A DNA stretch of 64,000 nt from a virus. The stretch is from positions 32,001 to 96,000 of IMG/VR virus record IMGVR_UViG_3300037313_000284; one strand, 5' to 3'. Below the pieces are notes generated by a model. It saw nothing but the letters and a program-made list of their open reading frames with translations. It had not been told where the DNA came from and did no database searches. Position numbers and translations under genes: made by a program. This document shows, in pieces, positions 57,621 to 64,000 of the stretch (position 1 is the stretch's first letter; each line of letters opens with the position of its first letter).

Positions 57621-57833
57621 ATGTTGATATTGATTTTAATTATTATCGGACTTGCCTTGCTCGGGTTTAGCGAGCACTACCTGCGAAAGCACCTGGATTG
57701 GGTAAAGACGTGGGGCTTTCCGGAAGAACCTGCGCATGGCTATATTAACTATCCTATAGCTCTCGTGCTTACGTTAGTAGCCACCGTGCTAGAGGTTACT
57801 GCTTTCGCATTAATGATAGCCAGATTCGTATAG
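57621..57833 (+). CDS. Small 2-TM membrane protein
   Basis: GGAGGA RBS; two hydrophobic helices. Confidence 0.6.
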   Translation: MLILILIIIGLALLGFSEHYLRKHLDWVKTWGFPEEPAHGYINYPIALVLTLVATVLEVTAFALMIARFV

Positions 57834-57842
57834 AGAAAACGA

Positions 57843-58076
57843 ATGGACCCGATTATTGCAACTGCATTGTTAGGGTTAGCTGCCTGCATAAGCTTTATGT
57901 TTGCGTTAGGCAACGCGCTCTATTGGGAAGACGCAAGTCGATTGGCCTATTACAAAGAAAACAATAGCATCAATGGCATTTGGACTGGCGTTTGGGTAAT
58001 CGTGTTTCTTCTTTGTGTTTGCGGGTTAGTTGTTTACACGCCCAAGGCGTTCTTAGTGCTTAAAGCTTGTTTATAA
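57843..58076 (+). CDS. Small 2-TM membrane protein
   Basis: Two hydrophobic helices. Confidence 0.6.
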   Translation: MDPIIATALLGLAACISFMFALGNALYWEDASRLAYYKENNSINGIWTGVWVIVFLLCVCGLVVYTPKAFLVLKACL

Positions 58077-58164
58077 GGTCTGCCGTCTCGATCAATTTAT
58101 TGGCGAGGCTGAGAGATTATAAGCCTCGGCCAAACCAATTTGCATCGAGAAGTGGTAGACTACA

Positions 58165-58782
58165 ATGGAATCCAAGAGCTTTAACCTGTACGAACAACAA
58201 ACTAAAGTCCGCGAAATCCTTAAGGATGATAGCAGCGACTCGTTCTTTATTCTAAACGTTTCGGACCGCCCCGACCGTAACCAGAAGGCCACGCGTGAAC
58301 TCGCTATGGTCTTGTTCGCGGTTACTGTTGACGGTGAATCGCGTATTATTCGCGTGCCGCCTAGCTGGGTTCCGATTGACGCGGGCATGCAAGCGCCTAA
58401 GAAGGTTATTGCGGCGAGCGGTGAATTCCAACGCGCGTTAACGGCTGGCGCTATCGTGGTGCTGGACGATGAGACTGGTCGCCGCATTATTAGCGCTGAC
58501 ACTGAGAGCCGCGATGAATATGCTAAGGTCATGGCTATCGCGCAAAACGTCAACGGTTCGGGCCAAGGTTATCAGTCTTATAACCAATCGGAATCGGAAG
58601 CGGCGGATGATCCGTGGGCCAACGTTTCGGCTAGCGTGAAGGTCAACGTGCAGGAAGTCGAAGCTAATAACATGTCAGAAGTTGAATTCCGTAGCTTCCT
58701 GCGTCGTGAGGCTCGCTCGATTTCCGCGCTGGATAAGAAGTATATCTCGGACAAGCTGCCTACTCTGAACATCACGGTCTAA
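58165..58782 (+). CDS. Hypothetical protein
   Basis: IRVPPSWVPID; good ORF ending before terminator. Confidence 0.65.
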   Translation: MESKSFNLYEQQTKVREILKDDSSDSFFILNVSDRPDRNQKATRELAMVLFAVTVDGESRIIRVPPSWVPIDAGMQAPKKVIAASGEFQRALTAGAIVVLDDETGRRIISADTESRDEYAKVMAIAQNVNGSGQGYQSYNQSESEAADDPWANVSASVKVNVQEVEANNMSEVEFRSFLRREARSISALDKKYISDKLPTLNITV

Positions 58783-58802
58783 CCTAAGACAGTCCAAGAC
58801 TC

Positions 58803-58838
58803 AAAAAGCCCCGGTGCATGCACCGGGGCTTTTCTTTT
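58803..58838. terminator. Bidirectional terminator between convergent genes
   Basis: aaaagccccggtgca|tgcaccggggctttt perfect palindrome. Confidence 0.8.
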
Positions 58839-58846
58839 GCCTATTA

Positions 58847-61800
58847 CTAGACTGCGACTATTTCTACCTCGTTAATAGTGGGGTCACCACCACCAGCGCC
58901 AGTAGCCGACGAGCTAGTGCCTACTGCAATCCAAAGTTCCGTGGACAGCGCCGTGAAAGTAAACGACGGATGATCATAAGGCTTCGGAGAGTCGGTAGAC
59001 GGGATGCTAGTATTTAGATACTCACTAGTGATAGCGTTAGCCGATCTAGACGCACCTAATTGCAACGAAGTTGTATTAGTGGTGTTTTGATCGGTAGCGC
59101 CCATCGCTAGCTTAATAGTAGCACGATACGTAACGCCGACAGTAAGCGGCTGTCTTGCGGCAAGGTTCATACGCAGAGTCGGGAAGCGTCCGGTATTAGT
59201 AACTACCGGCTGACCTTTGTCTCCGTAAATGACGCCTTGCGCCACCACAACGGTGTCTTCACCCACGGTCTTAGTCTTAACAAGATCGGGGTTGTGCACC
59301 ACGTTCATCGGCGTCCACGTGCCACCAGTGATTTGCTGGATGGATTCGTTTTGTGCCGAGGTTAACACTTCATTGTAGTATAGTTTGAACGAGGCTTCGA
59401 AACCAGTCTTAATAATCTGCCCGGCGGGTTGTGCAGGACGCGCCGGAACTGTGATCGTATTACTAAGCACTTCGAAACCACCCACCGTGACTTTGGTCCT
59501 ATGCGACGTGTTAAGGTCGGCAAATTCCAAGTCATAGCGAGCCGTTGCAGCCGCTCCACTAATAGCAACAGTGTCGCGTTGGTGTTCGAACGTAAACGTG
59601 CCTGAGATATTACCCGACCACAAACCATAGCCAGTATAAATTTGCGTGTTTTGGTTAAGGTCAATAGCAGAACCAGCTTCGATAAAGTCCGGCCCATCCC
59701 AGCCGCCATAACGACGAACGAATTGTTTCGGAGCTTCTAGGTTGACAACCGCGCCAGAAGCCGCATTCGTAGGTGTGACAGTTAATCTTTCTTGACCACC
59801 CAACTTTTTCGGAAAGTTGAATGACCACGTAGACCAACCAAACGCATTACGACGACGGAACTGCACGTAATACTTACGCGTAGGCAAGTTCGAAACTGAA
59901 CCGGAAGCCGGAGCGTTAGTAATAGTCGTCCACGTCATCTGATCGATGCTATAGCGAACCTGATATTCTAGAATCGGATAACCAGGAGTAGTGTGTCCAA
60001 CGTTCGTTAAGTTCCAGGCGAAACCAGTCGCAGTAGCAGTTAATATGCCTAGCGTAGCAGCCTTATCCGAACCAGCGTTAGTCTTGAACGGTGTAATACA
60101 CTCCGGACGACCTTCCCAAACCGGGAGAGCCATTAGATTTAGTGTATTACGTAATAACGTGTAGAGCGCTTGATATTGCGCAGACAAGAACGTTGCCGTT
60201 CCAGTCTCATACATGTCCATGGTTAGGAATGTCATGTAACGGTCAACGAAAGCAACAGCCGCGCCTAGTTGACCAGCGGTCGCCCAAGTATTACCGCCAG
60301 CTAGAACCGACCAACCATCCCATCCGTTTGGACCGTTTCTAAAGCACCCGATATTAAGCATTTCGGGAACGCCTGCGCCACATGAAGTACCCAGATAGTC
60401 AGCGTCAATCTGACTATCGAAGTTACTAGCAATCGGCGGCGGTTGTGACGGAGTTTGAGTACCCCAATGAGGTATACCCACGTCTTCTGGATAGAACGTC
60501 CTGAAATAAACGTCGTGGTTACCAGGATAATTAGTAGCAATCCCGACGAATTCAACAGGAACGTAGAACGGTTGGTGCGTAGGGTTGCTCTTAATATTTA
60601 AGCATTTCGTCATCAACCCGGACACTTTTTCCCAATAGGCGTGTCCGAATAATTGTACGAATTGTTTATGCCCGTTCCACTGCCCAGCACCCGCAGCACC
60701 ACGGAAGCTTCTATGGTCATAGATATCTAAGTTATTAGCGCCAAACGTCAGCGCTGTAATCCAAGCTGCTTGCGGCGCTGACTGTCCGGCCGCCAAGACT
60801 GCCGTAAGCCACTTAGACCAAGTGATACCGAAGTCCCGTGAATATCCGCTGTCACTAATCTTATCGACCATGAATCTACGACGTTTTTCCGCGTCGTGAA
60901 TCCACCAAGGTTGTAGGGCGGTAAAATATTCTGCGCCCGTTGCGGTAACAGTTGCTAAGTCTGGTGCACCAGACGGCAGAGTGAATCCATTACCCAAAGC
61001 TGCGCGGTTAGCCATACTAACAGTATAGCGAGTGGATTTACTGGTAGCGCTAGGCGAAGGTGCAATCGCGCCGTTCGGCGGCACGGAGCTAACAATATGT
61101 AGCACGCCGTAACCATCGAATATCCGCCATTGCCCAACTTGTGGTGTAGTTAATCCACTTCGACGAATAGATTTAACAACTGATTTCTCGTTACCAATAG
61201 CGATGGCAATCGGGGAACTCTTAGTCGCGGGGTCCACGTTTAGTGTGTGCGTGTACGTAGTCGAAGAAGCACTACCGATGCCGCCTCCGTCAGCCCACAC
61301 CGCTAGCATGCCGTCGAAGCCTTGCGCTTCGCTGCCGTAAACCATCCACGGGTCAATCATCACGCCGTTGGCCCAATACGATTGGCCTGTCATTAGGGTG
61401 GCGCTACCACCCGGAGGGGTCATCGTAAAGTTACCGGAAGCCGTATTAACACCATCTGGTGTAATCTGCGTGATATTAAACACGCGATCCGAGATCGCGA
61501 ACGGCTGACCGTCGGCGTAGCGACCCACAAGCACCGGAACGCTAAAGTAGAAAGTCACATCACCATGAGTGATCGACGATTGTAGCGAAGTGGGCGTCAC
61601 CGAAGCAATAACCGTGACAGCAATTGCAAAATTGGGCGACGTTAGACCGGTAGCGACGCTAGTGGCACGCACGATAACATCGTAAACGTTATTACCGCCA
61701 ACGTCGACGGGGTTTTCGAAATCCTTAGGCGAACCTTGCCACACAAGGTTACTACCGACGATTTGGAAGTTGGCCGCGTCGGCTCCGCCAACGATTGCCC

Positions 61801-61963
61801 AAGTAACGGACTCGTTAGCGGTTAGCGCGTGAGTTAGCGTAGTTTCGTCAACTACGACGACCGTATTCGCCATCGTAACCACAGGGGCGGGTAACGGGTT
61901 ATACGTTAATAACGCCGCTACGCTGGTGCTCATGAAGCACCCGACTTTAGATAGTTGAGGCAT
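58847..61963 (-). CDS. Large fibre/adhesin protein (cadherin-like, helical core, FN3, Ig-like, CBM-like)
   Basis: GGADAANFQI...DFENPVD.GGNNVYDV.VRAT cadherin-like; YQVRYS.D...W...Y.VQ.R..NA.GWS.WS FN3; alternative start 61933. Confidence 0.7.
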   Translation of the reverse strand: MPQLSKVGCFMSTSVAALLTYNPLPAPVVTMANTVVVVDETTLTHALTANESVTWAIVGGADAANFQIVGSNLVWQGSPKDFENPVDVGGNNVYDVIVRATSVATGLTSPNFAIAVTVIASVTPTSLQSSITHGDVTFYFSVPVLVGRYADGQPFAISDRVFNITQITPDGVNTASGNFTMTPPGGSATLMTGQSYWANGVMIDPWMVYGSEAQGFDGMLAVWADGGGIGSASSTTYTHTLNVDPATKSSPIAIAIGNEKSVVKSIRRSGLTTPQVGQWRIFDGYGVLHIVSSVPPNGAIAPSPSATSKSTRYTVSMANRAALGNGFTLPSGAPDLATVTATGAEYFTALQPWWIHDAEKRRRFMVDKISDSGYSRDFGITWSKWLTAVLAAGQSAPQAAWITALTFGANNLDIYDHRSFRGAAGAGQWNGHKQFVQLFGHAYWEKVSGLMTKCLNIKSNPTHQPFYVPVEFVGIATNYPGNHDVYFRTFYPEDVGIPHWGTQTPSQPPPIASNFDSQIDADYLGTSCGAGVPEMLNIGCFRNGPNGWDGWSVLAGGNTWATAGQLGAAVAFVDRYMTFLTMDMYETGTATFLSAQYQALYTLLRNTLNLMALPVWEGRPECITPFKTNAGSDKAATLGILTATATGFAWNLTNVGHTTPGYPILEYQVRYSIDQMTWTTITNAPASGSVSNLPTRKYYVQFRRRNAFGWSTWSFNFPKKLGGQERLTVTPTNAASGAVVNLEAPKQFVRRYGGWDGPDFIEAGSAIDLNQNTQIYTGYGLWSGNISGTFTFEHQRDTVAISGAAATARYDLEFADLNTSHRTKVTVGGFEVLSNTITVPARPAQPAGQIIKTGFEASFKLYYNEVLTSAQNESIQQITGGTWTPMNVVHNPDLVKTKTVGEDTVVVAQGVIYGDKGQPVVTNTGRFPTLRMNLAARQPLTVGVTYRATIKLAMGATDQNTTNTTSLQLGASRSANAITSEYLNTSIPSTDSPKPYDHPSFTFTALSTELWIAVGTSSSATGAGGGDPTINEVEIVAV

Positions 61964-62354
61964 TTAGACTTATCCCATCGTCTGGAGGGATGACACCAAC
62001 GAGTAACCATTGTTGTCGAGGTATGTCAGGCAACGTTAGTGTCTGATTGGCGAATTCGTGCAGGCTATCACCACAATAGATGATCATGCCGTTAGTAATA
62101 AAGTAGTGGCACCTACCATGGATGCCGTCTTCATCGTTGGGTCCTCCCCAACTAATATTCATAGACGGTTGAAAGGTAGGCGAGTCATGGTTCAGGTTAT
62201 AAGACCACCTAGCTCCGGTATGCGTCGGCTGGTCTACGTAAAAGGGATGCAGGTGTTTGCATGCGGGGCACCAATGCGCGTAAACCGCGTTATCGCCCCA
62301 TTCGTAATGGCGCATTATTTTAGCGCTAAGCCACTGCGCTTTGACTTGGCCCAT
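61947..62354 (-). CDS. DUF6527-like Cys/His-rich protein
   Basis: HWCPACKHLH...W..N....PTF.PS...CHYFITNG.I.YC.D..H..A.QT..LP; TAATTT at 62384-62389. Confidence 0.65.
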   Translation of the reverse strand: MGQVKAQWLSAKIMRHYEWGDNAVYAHWCPACKHLHPFYVDQPTHTGARWSYNLNHDSPTFQPSMNISWGGPNDEDGIHGRCHYFITNGMIIYCGDSLHEFANQTLTLPDIPRQQWLLVGVIPPDDGISLNASTI

Positions 62355-62410
62355 AGAACGCGGCTCCTAATGTTCACTTTAATAAATTAGCGCTATACCG
62401 ATTAAACAAA

Positions 62411-62443
62411 GAAAAAGCCCCCGGAGCCTAGGCTCCGGGGGCT
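62411..62443 (-). terminator. Intrinsic terminator (perfect palindrome)
   Basis: agcccccggagcct|aggctccgggggct with T-run on minus strand. Confidence 0.75.
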
Positions 62444-62447
62444 GGTG

Positions 62448-62633
62448 TTAGTCTTTAGGTTTAGTGACGTTGGGTTTTGCACGAACCAATTCTGACATTG
62501 GCGATTCTTCTAGTTGCCGCATGATGCGTTCGCGTTCAGCGTCGGACAACTCCGGCGCGGGTTCGAACCCAAATGAGAACGGTTCGTCGTCTCCCTCGTC
62601 GTCGACTAACATATTGAATACTCGATGATGCAA
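62448..62633 (-). CDS. Small acidic hypothetical protein
   Basis: Between TAATTT motif (62658-62663) and terminator; start uncertain. Confidence 0.35.
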   Translation of the reverse strand: MHHRVFNMLVDDEGDDEPFSFGFEPAPELSDAERERIMRQLEESPMSELVRAKPNVTKPKD

Positions 62634-62697
62634 CGGCTTCTCGCTGAGCCTGACTGTAAATTAATCGAAGTGTCAGGGCTCCGGAGCCAACTCTTAA

Positions 62698-64000
62698 TTA
62701 GTTGGGTAGTGCAGTCTCGGCCCACTTCTTACGCAACACGTCCGCGTATTCGTGAGTGATGTAGAGAGGGAATTCAGGCGTAGGCAACTTACTAACATCG
62801 ATATCGCCGCAGTTGTAAGACAGCGTGATATGCGGGTTAAAAGTTGGGTACTTCCACACGGCCCCTAAATCTTGCGAGAGGTCAAAACGTTCTTGCATGA
62901 TTGGAGAGTCGTACTTAAGCACCAGTACCTTGTGGTCGCCGTCTTCCCAAACTTCCAGCTTGAAAGTATCAGGACTTACTAATAATCCACTACCCGTCAG
63001 CATATAATCGACCGGCTCCCAAGGTTCGCTTAGGGGCTTTTCGCTATAGACCAACGTAGAGTGCATCTTAGTAAAATCGGTAATCGGATTTTGAATCAAG
63101 TTGACCGCAATCCAATGCTCGATTTGACGTTGCGTGCGCTTACTAAACTTCACACCAACGTAGACGCCTTCTGCCGCGACTTCGAATTGGCTAAAATCAA
63201 ACGAAGCCTCTTCGTCGTCCTCGTGTCCACTCTCAGGCAAGATGCCCGCTAGTGAAGCTAGCTTCTCGACATTGTGATAGAGTTTAATACGGGTCGTTTT
63301 CTTTCCTTGTAGAAACTGCCAGAACGCTTTTTGGCCTGGAAGACCCGCGCCCCAATCTTTAGTAACGTACGCAGCGAGCTTACCCGGAAATGGGGTAGCT
63401 TCTTTGCCGCTAGCCACAAGATAAGGACGAATGCGATTAGCAATATTTGCCAAATCACGCGCAGCGCCTTTACGCTGTTTCGCCTTAATCTTTTTAGTGA
63501 TTTCAGCAAGTTCGTGTGCGAAGACATAGTTCAGGAACGCCGCTATGGGTTTCGCCTCGCGCTTACGCACCAGACCTATGTTATTAGTAGTAGCTGTTTC
63601 GACCGGAACGATCATCAGCTTCTTAGTCTTCTCATTCACACCGAGCTTAAGGTTGAACGTCGTCTTACCATCCGCTTCTCTAACCTTCGGCGCTTTGACC
63701 GAACGTTCGGGAGCTTCTGGTTTATCCGGCGCTTTTGCCTTAGGCGGCTCTTCGTCCTTTTTAGTAGGCTTAGAGCTACGTGCTGCGTCTTCTTCCTCTA
63801 GGATTCTAAAGAACGCGTCGAATGCTTCCTTGCGGGTAGCAAACTGTTCGTCCTCACCAACCCCATCGCGGTTGAAGATAATAAACCACTTGCCGGTTTT
63901 GATCACCTTATCGATGATGCCGCCGTTTTCCGGGTCTTTATTAGTAGCCGCGCCGCCGGGCGTTGCTTCGGTCCAACCGGGAGGTAGATCAGATTTAGGT
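62698..64000 (-). CDS. acb1: Multi-domain protein (5'-truncated) with C-terminal anti-CBASS Acb1 (2H phosphoesterase) domain
   Basis: Frame is open to the window edge; C-terminal GVYVGVKFS...NP....MHSTLVYS...LEVW....VLVL..DS....R......GA.....F.PHITLSY...EY...L...W closely follows T4 Acb1 (gp57B) as I recall it, with both HxT motifs. Confidence 0.85.
   Translation of the reverse strand, partial: PKSDLPPGWTEATPGGAATNKDPENGGIIDKVIKTGKWFIIFNRDGVGEDEQFATRKEAFDAFFRILEEEDAARSSKPTKKDEEPPKAKAPDKPEAPERSVKAPKVREADGKTTFNLKLGVNEKTKKLMIVPVETATTNNIGLVRKREAKPIAAFLNYVFAHELAEITKKIKAKQRKGAARDLANIANRIRPYLVASGKEATPFPGKLAAYVTKDWGAGLPGQKAFWQFLQGKKTTRIKLYHNVEKLASLAGILPESGHEDDEEASFDFSQFEVAAEGVYVGVKFSKRTQRQIEHWIAVNLIQNPITDFTKMHSTLVYSEKPLSEPWEPVDYMLTGSGLLVSPDTFKLEVWEDGDHKVLVLKYDSPIMQERFDLSQDLGAVWKYPTFNPHITLSYNCGDIDVSKLPTPEFPLYITHEYADVLRKKWAETALPN

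Noticed and set aside
1-64000. Genome-wide TAG stop-codon reassignment
   Set aside because: Conserved genes (sheath, MCP, ligase, portal) are intact under the standard code, and where genes end in TAG it falls at the expected gene end

Overview
A 64 kb slice of a large (jumbo-type) contractile-tailed phage genome, almost entirely the virion morphogenesis region, read on the minus strand apart from one inverted + strand block (55.6-58.8 kb). Tail: sheath, several tube paralogues, assembly chaperone pair, short tape-measure-like protein with a muramidase domain. Head: major capsid protein, decoration protein, scaffold, HK97-type prohead protease, portal, neck proteins. Also many fibre/tailspike genes, an NAD-dependent DNA ligase, a 1910-aa SNF2-like ATPase, a GNAT, a class III nucleotidyl cyclase, a RuvC-like resolvase, histone-H1-like proteins and two HNH nucleases. 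Gene content recalls RSL1/Lu11/PaBG-like jumbo myoviruses (from memory, not a search). The main signal is a recurrent E-[T/V/I]-A-[A/S/N/K/L] motif in the capsid protein, scaffold, protease and portal, and between the domains of large acidic multi-domain proteins. One of these ends in a clear Acb1 (anti-CBASS 2H phosphoesterase) domain bracketed by the motif. I infer a protease-processed, capsid-packaged polyprotein cargo system delivering anti-defence effectors at injection. Other signals: a family of small proteins sharing an N-terminal docking module, a Thr/Ser hexad-repeat protein coupled to a KpsS/KpsC-like glycosyltransferase, structured non-coding RNA candidates, a TAATTT late-promoter motif, and a homing endonuclease insertion that duplicated a gene start. 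All assignments come from motif reading only; no searches were run.
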